DNA of 64,000 bases from Beijerinckiaceae bacterium (GTDB taxonomy: Bacteria > Pseudomonadota > Alphaproteobacteria > Rhizobiales > Beijerinckiaceae): contig JBIKVP010000001.1 of NCBI GenBank assembly GCA_044356745.1, positions 14,714 to 78,713 of the forward strand, written 5' to 3'. Made by a program: the position numbers and the translations under genes. Of the stretch, positions 10,214-21,185 are shown piece by piece; position 1 is the stretch's first letter; every line of letters starts with the position of its first letter. Below the pieces are notes generated by a model. The model ran no database searches and was not told where the DNA came from. It was given only the letters and a program-made list of their open reading frames with translations.

Positions 10214-12150
10214 GTGATTCTGATACGCCCCCTTTAGAAAGCGCTTTGATTCCGTCTGATTTAAAAGTCGGGATTGAGGTGATTGCACGCTTTGCGGCCA
10301 CACTACCTCATAAATCAGGGGTTTATCGCATGATGGATGCGAGCGGCGATGTGCTTTATGTAGGCAAAGCCAAAAGTTTAAAAAACCGCGTCACAAGTTA
10401 TGCACGCGGACAGGCACATTCGCACCGTGTAGCGAAAATGATTACGCAAACAGCGGCGATGGAATTTATAACCACTGATACGGAAACCGAAGCGCTGCTG
10501 CTTGAAGCCAATCTGATCAAACAGTTACGCCCCCGTTACAATGTTCTGTTGCGCGATGATAAATCGTTTCCATACATTTTGATCACGGGGGATCATGATG
10601 CACCACAGTTGATCAAGCACAGGGGCGGACGATCCCGTAAAGGACGCTATTTTGGCCCTTTCGCGAGTGGTGGCGCGGTCAATCATGCCATGCTAATTTT
10701 ACAGCGCGCATTTTTGCTGCGCACGTGTGAAGACAGTGAGTTTGCTACACGCAAACGTCCTTGTCTGCTTTATCAAATCAAACGTTGTTCTGCGCCTTGT
10801 ACGGGCGAAATAACGCGCGACAATTATCACGAGCTTGTACAAGAAGCATGTGATTTTCTCTCAGGAAAATCAGCCTCCGTCCAAAAACGTTTAGCAGGTG
10901 ATATGGAGCGCGCTTCTGATGCCCTTGAATTTGAACAAGCAGCAGCCATCCGTGATCGCTTGGCGGTGCTATCCACCATTCAAGCGTCTCAAGGCATTAA
11001 TATGCAAGGGCTGGAAGAAGCAGATGTATTTGCGATCGACGCACAAGGTGGCCACATCTGCATTATGGTGTTTTTTATCCGGAATTTCCAGAATTGGGGT
11101 AACAGAGCGTATTATCCAAAGGCAGATGTTGAAGAACCTCTCGACGAAATTTTAGGCAGCTTTCTGACCCAGTTTTATGATGACAAACCCGCGCCACGTT
11201 TTATTTTGACGTCTCACACTATAAGCGAAGCAGAACTGATTGGAGAAGCGCTTGCCACGCGCATTGGCCACAAGGTCGAGGTGATCTGTCCTAAACGGGG
11301 CGAAAAAGCTGATATTGTGATTCAAGCAGCACGTAACGCCAAAGAAGCTTTGTCGCGCAAGCTGGCAGAAAGCACAGCGCATACACAGCTTCTTAAAGCT
11401 GTCGGCGAAGCACTCGGCATGAGTGCACCACCCCGTCGCATTGAAGTGTATGATAACTCTCATATTTCTGGCACGAATGCCGTCGGTGCGATGATCGTTG
11501 CAGGTGAAACAGGTTTTATGAAAGCGCATTATCGCCTGTTCACAATTGCCACGGACACATTCACCCCGGGCGATGATTACGGCATGATGCGCGAAGTGCT
11601 GACACGGCGTTTCAAACGGCTTGTTAAAGCAAGTGCGGATAATCCATCCTCAAAAGATGATGAAACGACAAGTTTTGAAAGCTGGCCTGATCTTGTATTG
11701 ATTGATGGTGGAGCAGGACAACTAAACCTCGTTCAAGATGTGATGAATGAGCTGATGCCAGAAGGCGATTTGCCACGACCATTGCTCGTAGGTGTCGCGA
11801 AGGGCCGTGATCGCGATGCAGGGCGCGAAACATTCGTCATGACAGATCGCAAACCGTTCAAGCTCCCTCCCCGTGATGCCGCACTTTATTATATACAGCG
11901 TCTGCGTGATGAAGCGCATCGCTTTGCGATTGGCGCTCATCGTGCCAAGCGCTCACGCGCACTCGTTAAAAGTGATCTGGATGATATTAAAGGCATTGGC
12001 CCGCGTCGCAAACGCGCCTTATTGCTGCATTTTGGCACAGCAAAAGCGGTGTCAAACGCATCTTTAGATGATTTAATGCGCACACCCAGGGTGAATGCCG
12101 CAACCGCTCAAGCAGTGTATAATTTCTTTCAGGGCAGCGCGAAGAGTTAA
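10210..12150 (+). CDS. uvrC: excinuclease ABC subunit C
   Basis: 646 aa. GIY-YIG N-terminus ([26 protein letters not shown]), a UVR domain, an RNase H-like endonuclease domain and a C-terminal HhH2 ([13 protein letters not shown]). Confidence 0.95.
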   Translation: MSDSDTPPLESALIPSDLKVGIEVIARFAATLPHKSGVYRMMDASGDVLYVGKAKSLKNRVTSYARGQAHSHRVAKMITQTAAMEFITTDTETEALLLEANLIKQLRPRYNVLLRDDKSFPYILITGDHDAPQLIKHRGGRSRKGRYFGPFASGGAVNHAMLILQRAFLLRTCEDSEFATRKRPCLLYQIKRCSAPCTGEITRDNYHELVQEACDFLSGKSASVQKRLAGDMERASDALEFEQAAAIRDRLAVLSTIQASQGINMQGLEEADVFAIDAQGGHICIMVFFIRNFQNWGNRAYYPKADVEEPLDEILGSFLTQFYDDKPAPRFILTSHTISEAELIGEALATRIGHKVEVICPKRGEKADIVIQAARNAKEALSRKLAESTAHTQLLKAVGEALGMSAPPRRIEVYDNSHISGTNAVGAMIVAGETGFMKAHYRLFTIATDTFTPGDDYGMMREVLTRRFKRLVKASADNPSSKDDETTSFESWPDLVLIDGGAGQLNLVQDVMNELMPEGDLPRPLLVGVAKGRDRDAGRETFVMTDRKPFKLPPRDAALYYIQRLRDEAHRFAIGAHRAKRSRALVKSDLDDIKGIGPRRKRALLLHFGTAKAVSNASLDDLMRTPRVNAATAQAVYNFFQGSAKS

Positions 12151-12272
12151 CGTCTTATTGACGTTCACATTCAGACTTGCTTTTCACCCTATCAACGTTA
12201 TCGGTAGAGTAGCAGAGTCATTTGCATGAATAAGTCAAAACACAAGTCAATCATAAGGGGGCAGACAAGGGC

Positions 12273-14543
12273 ATGATGGATCGCATCAACGATGGCCCAC
12301 GTGTGCTACTGCGTCGTCTGCGCGAGGTAATGGCTGACCCTGTCAGCCCACAAGAGCGGCTTGACCACATCGTCGAATTGATTGCAGGCAGCATGATGAC
12401 CGATGTGTGCTCTATTTATGTTATGCGCGCGGACAACGCACTTGAACTTTATGCAACCCATGGCCTCAACCGTCAGGCAGTGCACCTGACATCCTTGCGG
12501 AAAGGTGAAGGATTGGTCGGGTTAATTGCGGAACAAGCAGAAGCGCTCTCGCTGCAAGATGCGCAATCTCATCCAGCTTTTGCTTATAAACCTGAAACAG
12601 GTGAAGAGATTTATCACGCCTTCATGGGCGTTCCTATTTTACGCGGTGGCGCAACGCTGGGTGTACTTGTCGTCCAGAACACCTCGCATCGTGTTTACAC
12701 AGAAGAAGAAATTGAGGCACTCTATACAACCGCAATGCTTCTTGCTGAAATCATTGCCGCCAGTGATCTGCATACGCTTGCCTCTCCCGGCACTGCGATT
12801 GCAGCACGGCGCTCGCTACGTCAAGCGGGTGTCAGTATTTCTGACGGCATCGGCTTGGGACATGTAGTGCTGCGTCAACCACGTGTCGTCATCACCAATC
12901 TGATTGCAGATGACGTTGATCACGAGTTAGAGCGACTAGAGAAAGCCATTGTTGAGGTTCGGGAAGGGCTAAACACCCTTCTCTCGGACGAAGGCATGGA
13001 TGGTGAGGGCGAGCATCGCGATGTATTAGAGACCGTGCGCATTTTTGCCAATGATCGCGGTTGGCTGCGCCGTATGCGCGAAGCCACATTAACAGGGATC
13101 ACCGCAGAAGCCGCTGTTGAGCGTGTGCAATCGGACATGCGTGCAAAAATGCTGCGCATGTCTGACCCTTATTTACGCGAGCGCCGCCATGATCTGGATG
13201 ATCTCGCTTACCGCATGATGAAGGCGCTGCAAGGCTCCTCCCCCATAGGTGCACCTGAAGATTTACCTGAAAATATCGTTCTTGTTGCGCGAGCAATGGG
13301 GCCTGCTGCTTTGCTTGATTATGATCGAACACGCATTCGAGGTTTAATCTTAGAGGAAGGCGGCCCCACAAGCCATGTCGCGATTATTGCACGTGCGCTG
13401 GGCATTCCCGCAGTGAGCGAGATTGAAAACATTACGGGTCTTGTCGAAGATGGTGATGCCATTATCGTTGATGGGACGGTGGGTGAAATTCAAATTCGCC
13501 CCCCCCATGATATTGAGCTTGCTTATCGTGAAAAAGCGCGGATGCGCGCACGCCGTCAAGAACAGTTCCGTTCACTGCGAGATATTGAACCGATCACGCT
13601 TGATGGCGAACATATCGCACTCAACATCAATGCAGGTCTGATTGTTGATCTGCCGCATCTTGCTGAAACGGGTGCTGAAGGAATTGGCCTCTTTCGCACA
13701 GAATTACAATTCATGGTCGCAGAACGAATGCCTTCAGCAAGCGAACAACTTACGCTTTACAAACAAGTTGTTGAGGCTGTGGGGGATAAACCGATTATCT
13801 TCCGCACCCTTGATATTGGGGGCGATAAAAAACTTCCGTATATGGATGTGATAGAAGAAGAAAATCCCGCCTTAGGCTGGCGTGCACTACGCATCGGCCT
13901 AGATAGACCAAGCTTGTTGCGCTCCCAAGTGCGGGCTCTCATTCAGGCATCAAGCGGACGAGCCCTTTATATCATGCTGCCGATGGTTGGCGATGTCAGT
14001 GAATTTGTCGAAGCACGTGACATCATTGAGCGCGAACATACATTTTTATCACGACAGGGCATTCATATGCCTGAATCGATGAAAGTGGGTGTGATGGTTG
14101 AAATCCCCTCTTTAATCCATCAGATACAGGAAATTGCCGCGAAAGCTGATTTTTTATCGGTAGGATCAAACGATCTTATGCAATATTTGTTTGCTGTGGA
14201 TCGCGAAAATCGCCGTGTTGCGCATCGCTTTGATGCATTAAGTCCCGCTTTTTTACGTGCCCTCAAAAAAATTGTTGAAGGGAGCGCTGCGCATGATTGT
14301 CCTGTCAGTTTGTGCGGTGAAATGGGCGGACGCCCACTCGAAGCGATGGCACTCATCGGCATTGGCTTCAGGCGCTTCTCTATGTCTGCACCAAGCATCG
14401 GCCCTGTAAAAGCAATGCTCCTTAAACTCGATGTTGGCGCGGTTGCAGCACTGCTTGACCACTTGCTTAAACGGGAAGGATCACAAAAAACATTGCGCCC
14501 CATGCTTGCCGACTTTGCCGCGCGGCATGGAATTCCGGTTTAG
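12273..14543 (+). CDS. ptsP: phosphoenolpyruvate--protein phosphotransferase EI-Ntr (GAF + EI)
   Basis: 756 aa. N-terminal GAF domain, then a PEP-utilising enzyme region (GGPTSHVAIIARALGIPAV phospho-His region and a C-terminal TIM barrel with GSNDLMQY). Confidence 0.9.
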   Translation: MMDRINDGPRVLLRRLREVMADPVSPQERLDHIVELIAGSMMTDVCSIYVMRADNALELYATHGLNRQAVHLTSLRKGEGLVGLIAEQAEALSLQDAQSHPAFAYKPETGEEIYHAFMGVPILRGGATLGVLVVQNTSHRVYTEEEIEALYTTAMLLAEIIAASDLHTLASPGTAIAARRSLRQAGVSISDGIGLGHVVLRQPRVVITNLIADDVDHELERLEKAIVEVREGLNTLLSDEGMDGEGEHRDVLETVRIFANDRGWLRRMREATLTGITAEAAVERVQSDMRAKMLRMSDPYLRERRHDLDDLAYRMMKALQGSSPIGAPEDLPENIVLVARAMGPAALLDYDRTRIRGLILEEGGPTSHVAIIARALGIPAVSEIENITGLVEDGDAIIVDGTVGEIQIRPPHDIELAYREKARMRARRQEQFRSLRDIEPITLDGEHIALNINAGLIVDLPHLAETGAEGIGLFRTELQFMVAERMPSASEQLTLYKQVVEAVGDKPIIFRTLDIGGDKKLPYMDVIEEENPALGWRALRIGLDRPSLLRSQVRALIQASSGRALYIMLPMVGDVSEFVEARDIIEREHTFLSRQGIHMPESMKVGVMVEIPSLIHQIQEIAAKADFLSVGSNDLMQYLFAVDRENRRVAHRFDALSPAFLRALKKIVEGSAAHDCPVSLCGEMGGRPLEAMALIGIGFRRFSMSAPSIGPVKAMLLKLDVGAVAALLDHLLKREGSQKTLRPMLADFAARHGIPV

Positions 14544-14545
14544 CG

Positions 14546-15427
14546 TTATCCTATTTTGCCACTCTCCCAGCCGAGCATGGCCTGTTTGCGCGTAATGCCC
14601 CAATGATAGCCCGTGAGCGCACCTTCTTTGCCAAGAACACGATGACAGGGCACAACAAAACTTAAAGGATTACGCCCAACAGCAGCCCCCACCGCACGCG
14701 CTGCTTTGGGCTGCCCCAAAGATGAGGCAATAGCGCCATACGTTGTTGCACCACCAAAGGGCACTTGAAGCAACGTTTCCCAAACGCGAATATGAAAATC
14801 CGTGCCAATAAACACGATGCGCAAAGGCGTTTCCGCCTTCCACTGCGCAGGATCAAAAATACGCCCGATAAAAGAAGCTGTTGCGTTTTCATCAAACTGA
14901 TAATGCGCATTTGGCCAGCGCCGTGTCATATCCGCAAGCGCGATATCGCGCCTATCCCCCTCGACAAACCCTAGTCCAGCCAATCCTCGTGGTGAAATCA
15001 TCACCAGCGCTTCACCAAAGGGAGAGGGATGAAAGCCATAACGCAAGGGCAAACCATCTCCGCCCGTTTTATACTCTCCGAGCGACATCGCCTCATGCGT
15101 CACAAACAGATCATGCAAACGCGATGTACCAGACAAGCCCACATCAAGCGCCGTATCAAGCAGGGACGCTGAATGCCTCAAGCGTACTTTTGCCGCATCA
15201 AGCGTAATCGCTTGTAAAAACGCTTTGGGTGTCATCCCCGCCCAGCGTTTGAAGAGATGATACGTCTCTACATCGCTCAAACCCACATGCCGCGATAAGT
15301 CTGCAATTGAGGGTTGATCCCGCCAGTTTTCGCTTAAATAAGCGATCATCTCATGCACAAGCGTATAATCGCTGAGCATGTCATGATGCGCGGGTTGTGG
15401 GTCACAAAGGGGTAAAATCAGGTTCAT
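14546..15427 (-). CDS. AraC-type HTH fused to O6-alkylguanine-DNA methyltransferase (Ada-like)
   Basis: 293 aa. N-terminal AraC/XylS HTH region and a C-terminal MGMT domain with the PCHRV active site. I see no N-Ada Cys4 zinc site. Confidence 0.85.
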   Translation of the reverse strand: MNLILPLCDPQPAHHDMLSDYTLVHEMIAYLSENWRDQPSIADLSRHVGLSDVETYHLFKRWAGMTPKAFLQAITLDAAKVRLRHSASLLDTALDVGLSGTSRLHDLFVTHEAMSLGEYKTGGDGLPLRYGFHPSPFGEALVMISPRGLAGLGFVEGDRRDIALADMTRRWPNAHYQFDENATASFIGRIFDPAQWKAETPLRIVFIGTDFHIRVWETLLQVPFGGATTYGAIASSLGQPKAARAVGAAVGRNPLSFVVPCHRVLGKEGALTGYHWGITRKQAMLGWESGKIG

Positions 15428-15529
15428 AGATAGGTTTTAGCAGAAGCGCGCGATGAGCACGACCCGATTTCTATATGCATTTACAATGTGACTCTTCCCG
15501 TTTTCAAGCCTGTGTGTTAACTGGGTTCG

Positions 15530-16117
15530 ATGAAAATTACATCAACGAGATTACCCGCCGTCAAACACATTGTGCCACGTCGCTTTGTCGATGCACGCGG
15601 CTGGTTTATGGAAACCTATACGCAAAAAGCGTTTCATGACGCAGAAATTTCCGTTGATTTTGTTCAAACCAATCAATCGTTTTCCACCCACAAAGGCACG
15701 GTTCGCGGCTTGCATAACCAGAAAGCACCCTTTGCGCAGGGCAAGCTTATTCAAGTCTTAAGTGGACGCATTTTTGATGTAGCCGTTGATCTTGATCCTG
15801 ATTCCGCAACCTTTGGTGAGCATGTCAGCGTTGAACTCGATGCCTCGAATGGGGCGATGCTCTATATTCCACCCACCTTCGCCCACGGGTTTTGTACGCT
15901 GACCCCTGATACCCGCGTCACCTATGCGTGCACGCATCTTTATGCGCCCCATGCAGAGCGCGGAATTTTCTGGAACGATCCTGATTTAGCGATTGCTTGG
16001 CCTGTTGAACCTGAAAATGCAATCGTGTCTGAAAAAGATCAACAGCTCCCTGCTTGGAAAGCCGTTAAAGCGTTGCTGGTGACAGAAATTGACAAGGCCT
16101 TTCTTTTACAACCATAA
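15530..16117 (+). CDS. rfbC: dTDP-4-dehydrorhamnose 3,5-epimerase
   Basis: 195 aa. RmlC cupin with the DARGWF and RGLH motifs. Confidence 0.9.
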   Translation: MKITSTRLPAVKHIVPRRFVDARGWFMETYTQKAFHDAEISVDFVQTNQSFSTHKGTVRGLHNQKAPFAQGKLIQVLSGRIFDVAVDLDPDSATFGEHVSVELDASNGAMLYIPPTFAHGFCTLTPDTRVTYACTHLYAPHAERGIFWNDPDLAIAWPVEPENAIVSEKDQQLPAWKAVKALLVTEIDKAFLLQP

Positions 16118-16243
16118 TCATTACGCACTAAGCATGTGACGGGATTTGAATTCATTTTTCTGATATAATGATTGGTTGTACGCTCGATTTTAGCAAAATG
16201 TGAATGTGGTGATTATTTTGAAACTGTGTAAGGAGTGTGGGTT

Positions 16244-16528
16244 ATGAACAGGATTGTTCATGAGCATTACCCCGTAGAGAAACTACCCAAGGATTTGCGA
16301 AGTGGGCTCATACCTGGCTCCTACGCGCGCGTGCTGATTGAGGCGGAAACACCTGATCAGTCTGAGCAATCACCATCTAACAGGGATACTTTGAAGGAAG
16401 CTCCCTTCACCTCAATGCGTCGCGTTCTCGCCGAAATCAAAGCGTTGCGCGAGAGCGGAAAGATCAAGCCTTCAGACGATGCTCCGTCAGAGCGGATTCG
16501 AAAATTGCGAGATGAATGGAATGGGTGA
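16244..16528 (+). CDS. putative antitoxin (AbrB/MazE-like N-terminus)
   Basis: Start set at ATG 16244, 8 nt after the SD aggag (16231-16235). The ORF-track GTG 16235 lies inside that SD. The N-terminal segment PVEKLPKDLRSGLIPGSYARVLIE resembles a SpoVT/AbrB swapped-hairpin. The acidic, disordered C-terminus overlaps the start of the downstream PIN gene. Confidence 0.55.
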   Translation: MNRIVHEHYPVEKLPKDLRSGLIPGSYARVLIEAETPDQSEQSPSNRDTLKEAPFTSMRRVLAEIKALRESGKIKPSDDAPSERIRKLRDEWNG

Positions 16529-17066
16529 CACAGGACGGAAGATTTATTTCTGTACGAATGTTTACATCGAAATATTGGAAGGCAACTCGGAGCTTGCCAA
16601 CATCATTCCAAGACTTTTTGGTGGTTGGGACTGGCAAAATCATGTCATCGTCACAAGCGAGTTGACACTGGCCGAATGCCTTGTAAAGCCGATTGAACTG
16701 GCTGTATCAACTGATGACTATATCTTACATGACAAATATTTAGACCTGCTGCTATCTCAGCCAGGCGTTCAGGAGGTGTTCAGCGTTACACGCCATATAC
16801 TAATAAGAGCAGCGCTTGTCCGCGCTCAATTATCCAATCTGGCAGCTAAGAAGATTAAGCTTCCTGACGCAATTCATGTTGCCACGGCACTCGAGGCACA
16901 ATGCGATACATTCGTCACACGAGATGGGAACTTGATTGAAGCTGTATCAGCGATCATTGAGCGGAAGGGACTGCCAAAAACTGCGAAGTCAAGCTCTCTC
17001 AAGCATATCGTTAAAATGGAAAAAGATGCTCTCTTAACGCTTGCAGAGGAACTTAAATGCCCATGA
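16512..17066 (+). CDS. PIN-domain protein (VapC-like toxin), first catalytic Asp replaced by Cys
   Basis: PIN landmarks are present: IYFCTNVYIE (beta1), SELTLAE, LPDAIHVATA and FVTRD. Start at ATG 16512 or 16521, and either choice overlaps the antitoxin stop (16526-16528). It has a ~45-aa C-terminal extension relative to a minimal PIN domain. Confidence 0.7.
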   Translation: MNGMGDTGRKIYFCTNVYIEILEGNSELANIIPRLFGGWDWQNHVIVTSELTLAECLVKPIELAVSTDDYILHDKYLDLLLSQPGVQEVFSVTRHILIRAALVRAQLSNLAAKKIKLPDAIHVATALEAQCDTFVTRDGNLIEAVSAIIERKGLPKTAKSSSLKHIVKMEKDALLTLAEELKCP

Positions 17067-18211
17067 CAACCACACCCCACATACTTGTCACAGGTGGCGC
17101 AGGGTTTATTGGCTCAGCTCTGGTGCTTCATCTTGTTCAGGAAAAAGGCTATCGTGTCACGACAGTTGATGCGTTGACTTATGCTGCTCACCCGCACTCA
17201 CTGGATGCGCTCCATCATCATCCCAAGCATCGTCTCATTGAAGCAGACATCAACGATGTGGGGCGAATGCGAGCTATTTTGGGTGATGCTAAACCTGACG
17301 CCGTGATGCATCTGGCCGCTGAAAGCCATGTCGATCGCTCCATTCAAGGGCCAGGAGCCTTTATTCGCACCAACGTGCTCGGTACACAGGTTCTTTTGGA
17401 AGCCGTGCGCCATGTCTATGAAGGTTATGATCTTGATAAACGCACACGCTTTCGCTTTGTGCATATTTCAACCGATGAAGTGTTTGGCTCTCTGGGCGAA
17501 GAGGGGTTTTTCAATGAGCAAACGCGCTACGACCCCCGCTCTCCTTATTCAGCGTCAAAAGCGGCATCAGATCATTTAGTCAGAGCATGGGGGCATACCT
17601 ATGGTTTGCCGACTTTAATTGCCAATTGCTCCAACAATTATGGCCCGCGTCAATTCCCTGAAAAACTCATCCCTTTGATGATTCTCAACGCATTAGAAAG
17701 CAAACCTCTACCCGTTTATGGCGATGGTCTGAACATCCGTGATTGGCTGTATGTGGATGATCACGTCAGAGCACTCACACTCATTTTAGAGAAGGGCACT
17801 ATTGGCGAAACATATCTCATCGGGGGCAGAGCTGAGCGCACCAATAAACAGGTTGTTGAGGCCATTTGTGCTGTTTTTGATGCGTTAAAGCCTGAAAATG
17901 CGCCCCACGCACGGCTGATCACACGTGTGACAGATCGTCCCGGGCACGATCGCCGCTATGCGATTGATCCCTCGCATATTGAAAATACATTAGGATGGCG
18001 TGCGCAGGTCACCTTTGAAGAGGGCTTGCAGCAGACGATTGACTGGTATCTGAATAATCAAAACTGGTGGCAACCCTTGCGTGAAAACGTTTATGCAGGT
18101 GAGCGTCTTGGACTGAGCAAACAAAGTGCTCAAGGCGATAACGAAGATGGACAAACCACATTCAAACCATCACCCTTTGCAGCAACGGGTTTAAGCCTGT
18201 TTAAACGATGA
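17057..18211 (+). CDS. rfbB: dTDP-glucose 4,6-dehydratase
   Basis: 384 aa with GGAGFIGS, YSASKAASD and typical RmlB sequence. It carries a ~30-aa C-terminal extension and a 4-nt overlap with rfbD. Confidence 0.93.
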   Translation: MPMTTTPHILVTGGAGFIGSALVLHLVQEKGYRVTTVDALTYAAHPHSLDALHHHPKHRLIEADINDVGRMRAILGDAKPDAVMHLAAESHVDRSIQGPGAFIRTNVLGTQVLLEAVRHVYEGYDLDKRTRFRFVHISTDEVFGSLGEEGFFNEQTRYDPRSPYSASKAASDHLVRAWGHTYGLPTLIANCSNNYGPRQFPEKLIPLMILNALESKPLPVYGDGLNIRDWLYVDDHVRALTLILEKGTIGETYLIGGRAERTNKQVVEAICAVFDALKPENAPHARLITRVTDRPGHDRRYAIDPSHIENTLGWRAQVTFEEGLQQTIDWYLNNQNWWQPLRENVYAGERLGLSKQSAQGDNEDGQTTFKPSPFAATGLSLFKR

Positions 18212-19104
18212 GTTCTAACCCAATGGATTATGGCCCCCTTCTCATCATTGGACAATCGGGGCAACTGGCCACTGATCTGATGAATGCTGCCACCTGCGAT
18301 GATGTGGATGCGCTGGCAATTGGGCGACCAACCCTTGATGTAACAAAACCTGAGAGCATTGCGCGTCTGTTTGAGCGCATCACCCCACGTGCCGTAATCA
18401 ATGCGAGTGCTTACACAAACGTTGATCAAGCAGAATCAGAACCTGATCTCGCGTTTGCGATCAATGTAACAGGCGCACAAGCCTTGGCATGTGTATGCGC
18501 AAATATAGATATTCCATTCATTCATGTATCAACAGATCAAGTGTTCGATGGCATAAAATCAAGCTCCTACACTGAGGATGATGCGCCAAACCCCTTATGT
18601 GTTTATGGACAGACAAAATATGAGGGTGAACAACGGGTGCTTGAAGCTTACCCGCAAGCCCTGATTGTGCGCACGTCATGGGTTTATGGCCCTTCGGGAA
18701 ATAATTTTGTGACAAAAGTTTTAGAGTGGGCACGGCGCAACAAGGAGCTATCCATCGTTTGCGATCAAATCGGAAAGCCAACATATTCGCCCGATCTTGC
18801 AAAAGCCCTGCTTGAACTCGTTGCGCGGATGCTCAACGATACAGATAAACCCCAAGGTCTATTGCATCTTGCAGGATATGATGCGATGAGCCGCTTTGAA
18901 CAGGCGCAAGCGATTTTATCGATATCTCAAGCGCGCAATGGGGTTTATGCGACAGTTAAGCCTGTTTTGACCCGTGATTTTCCCACACCTGCAACACGCC
19001 CCTTGAATGCCGTACTCGATTGCACACGCGCTTATGAACGATATGGAATAACGCTGAGCGATTTTAAAACGGGACTTGCCGCAACACTTGATGCGATTTT
19101 ATAG
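18208..19104 (+). CDS. rfbD: dTDP-4-dehydrorhamnose reductase
   Basis: 298 aa. RmlD-like sequence ([17 protein letters not shown]), translationally coupled to rfbB. Confidence 0.88.
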   Translation: MSSNPMDYGPLLIIGQSGQLATDLMNAATCDDVDALAIGRPTLDVTKPESIARLFERITPRAVINASAYTNVDQAESEPDLAFAINVTGAQALACVCANIDIPFIHVSTDQVFDGIKSSSYTEDDAPNPLCVYGQTKYEGEQRVLEAYPQALIVRTSWVYGPSGNNFVTKVLEWARRNKELSIVCDQIGKPTYSPDLAKALLELVARMLNDTDKPQGLLHLAGYDAMSRFEQAQAILSISQARNGVYATVKPVLTRDFPTPATRPLNAVLDCTRAYERYGITLSDFKTGLAATLDAIL

Positions 19105-20067
19105 CCGCCGAAGTGCGACTTCTTCCACATTGTGCGAAGCGCCTTTGCGTAAAATCAGCGATGCACGCTGGCGCGTGGGTAAAATGTTTTCGCGCAAATT
19201 GGGCAAGTTTATGCGAGACCAGAGCTGTTCAGCCAGCACACGCGCGTCAAGTTCTGGCATATCCGCATAACGTTGAAAAAATGAGCGCGGATCACGAAAG
19301 GCCGTGCGCCGCAGCGTTAAAAAGCGCTCGACATACCAATCATGCAGATGCTCTTCATCCGCATCAAGATAAATCGAAAAGTCAAAGAAGTCTGACACAA
19401 AGGGAATGGCTTTGCCGTCTTTGGGCATTCGCGCCGGTTGCAAGACATTCAAGCCTTCGACAATCAAAATATCAGGGCGATCAATCGAGACCCAATCTTT
19501 TTCATCCATCACATCATAGGCCAGATGCGAATAAAGTGGTGCTTTGACATGACGCTTGCCTGCTTTCACATCCGCCAGAAAACGTAGGAGCGCACCTGTG
19601 TCATAACTTTCAGGAAAGCCCTTGCGCTCCATCAATCCCAAGCGGGTCAGTTCTGCATTGGGATGCAAGAAGCCATCAGTCGTGATCAGCTCCACTTTCG
19701 GGGTGTTCGGCCAACGGGTCAGAAGCGCTTTGAGCAGGCGCGCACTGGTGGATTTACCCACAGCAACAGAACCCGCAATCCCGATAACATAAGGCGTAAT
19801 CACCTCATTTTCGGCCATGAGAAACCGCCGCGTTGCATGAAATAATCCTTGCGTTGCTCCTACATAAAGGGCGAGCAAACGTGTGAGCGGAAGGTAAATT
19901 GCTTCCACCTCGTCCATCGAAATCGGATCATTGAGCGATTGCAACCGCGCAATTTCATCGGCGCTGAGCGTGAGGGGCGTATCGGCTCTCAGGCCAGCCC
20001 ATTCATCGCGGCTAAAAACGCGATAGGGCGATAATTGTGCGTCATGAAGTTTGTGTGTAAGCGGCAT
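19099..20067 (-). CDS. coaA: type I pantothenate kinase
   Basis: 322 aa. P-loop [12 protein letters not shown] and CoaA-like sequence throughout. Confidence 0.92.
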   Translation of the reverse strand: MPLTHKLHDAQLSPYRVFSRDEWAGLRADTPLTLSADEIARLQSLNDPISMDEVEAIYLPLTRLLALYVGATQGLFHATRRFLMAENEVITPYVIGIAGSVAVGKSTSARLLKALLTRWPNTPKVELITTDGFLHPNAELTRLGLMERKGFPESYDTGALLRFLADVKAGKRHVKAPLYSHLAYDVMDEKDWVSIDRPDILIVEGLNVLQPARMPKDGKAIPFVSDFFDFSIYLDADEEHLHDWYVERFLTLRRTAFRDPRSFFQRYADMPELDARVLAEQLWSRINLPNLRENILPTRQRASLILRKGASHNVEEVALRRL

Positions 20068-20076
20068 CGGGGCTGT

Positions 20077-20400
20077 TCACATCGTCCGACTGGCTTTTTC
20101 CGCCAGTCCTGATTGCACCGTGCGGCGCTGCAATTCATTGAGCACAGATGTCACACGCACATCGCGCGATTTGAGCATCACCACCAAATGATACAGCACG
20201 TCAGCGGCCTCTGCAATCAGAGCCGCTTCGTCTTGAACGACAGCAGCGAGCGCCGCTTCAACCGCTTCCTCGCCAAATTTCTTGGCACACTTTTGCACAC
20301 CCCCTGCAAGAAGTTTTGCCGTGTAGGACACTTCAGGAGAAGCACTTGCCCGCTCATGAATGATCGCTTCAAGATCAGAAAGCTGGAATGGTGAAGTCAC
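20077..20400 (-). CDS. hisE: phosphoribosyl-ATP pyrophosphatase
   Basis: 107 aa. MazG-like HisE sequence (SYTAKLL...KKFGEEAVE...[13 protein letters not shown]). Confidence 0.88.
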   Translation of the reverse strand: MTSPFQLSDLEAIIHERASASPEVSYTAKLLAGGVQKCAKKFGEEAVEAALAAVVQDEAALIAEAADVLYHLVVMLKSRDVRVTSVLNELQRRTVQSGLAEKASRTM

Positions 20401-20405
20401 AATCG

Positions 20406-21092
20406 TTATCCTTTGATTAAATCTGGCCGCCGCTCGCGTGTAACCTTGAGCGATTGTTCATGCCGCCATTTTTGAATATGAGCATGATTACCGCTTAAAA
20501 GCACATCAGGAATGGCATGTCCTTCCCATTCACGCGGACGGGTGTAATGCGGGTATTCGAGGAGCCCGTTTTCAAAGCTCTCATCATCGCCAGAATCGTG
20601 CGCACCCATCACATCAGGCAATAAACGCACACATGCATCAAGCAGAACATGCGCAGCGACTTCCCCCCCTGAGAGGATATAATCGCCAATCGACACCTCG
20701 ATAAGGTTGCGTGCGGCAATCACCCGCTCATCAACCCCCTCAAAGCGCCCACAGACAATCACGACACCAGCACCTCGCGACAATGTTCGCACAACGCTTT
20801 GTGTCAGCGGCTGACCGCGCGGGGACATCAGCAGGCGCGGACGCACATCATCAGGAAGTATTGTTTGATCAAGCGCCGCCCCCAATACATCACACCTGAG
20901 CACCATGCCAGGGCCGCCACCCGCAGGCGTATCATCCACCTGCCGATGTCGACCAAGACCAAACGCGCGCAGATCATGAACATCAAGCGCCCAACCGCCA
21001 CGTTTGAGAGCATCCCCCGCCAGCGACATGCCCAGCATCGCGGGGAACATCTCAGGATAAAGCGTGAGGACAGAGGCGTGGAAAGTTTTCAT
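20406..21092 (-). CDS. trmD: tRNA (guanine37-N1)-methyltransferase
   Basis: 228 aa. TrmD SPOUT sequence ([25 protein letters not shown]). Confidence 0.93.
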   Translation of the reverse strand: MKTFHASVLTLYPEMFPAMLGMSLAGDALKRGGWALDVHDLRAFGLGRHRQVDDTPAGGGPGMVLRCDVLGAALDQTILPDDVRPRLLMSPRGQPLTQSVVRTLSRGAGVVIVCGRFEGVDERVIAARNLIEVSIGDYILSGGEVAAHVLLDACVRLLPDVMGAHDSGDDESFENGLLEYPHYTRPREWEGHAIPDVLLSGNHAHIQKWRHEQSLKVTRERRPDLIKG

Positions 21093-21185
21093 TTTTCCTT
21101 TAGACCCCTCGCATAGGCTCGGACGCGGTATTATTTGTAGATGGCCTTAGCAAGCTAAGTCCTTTGCGGGCATTGGAAGAAAGAC

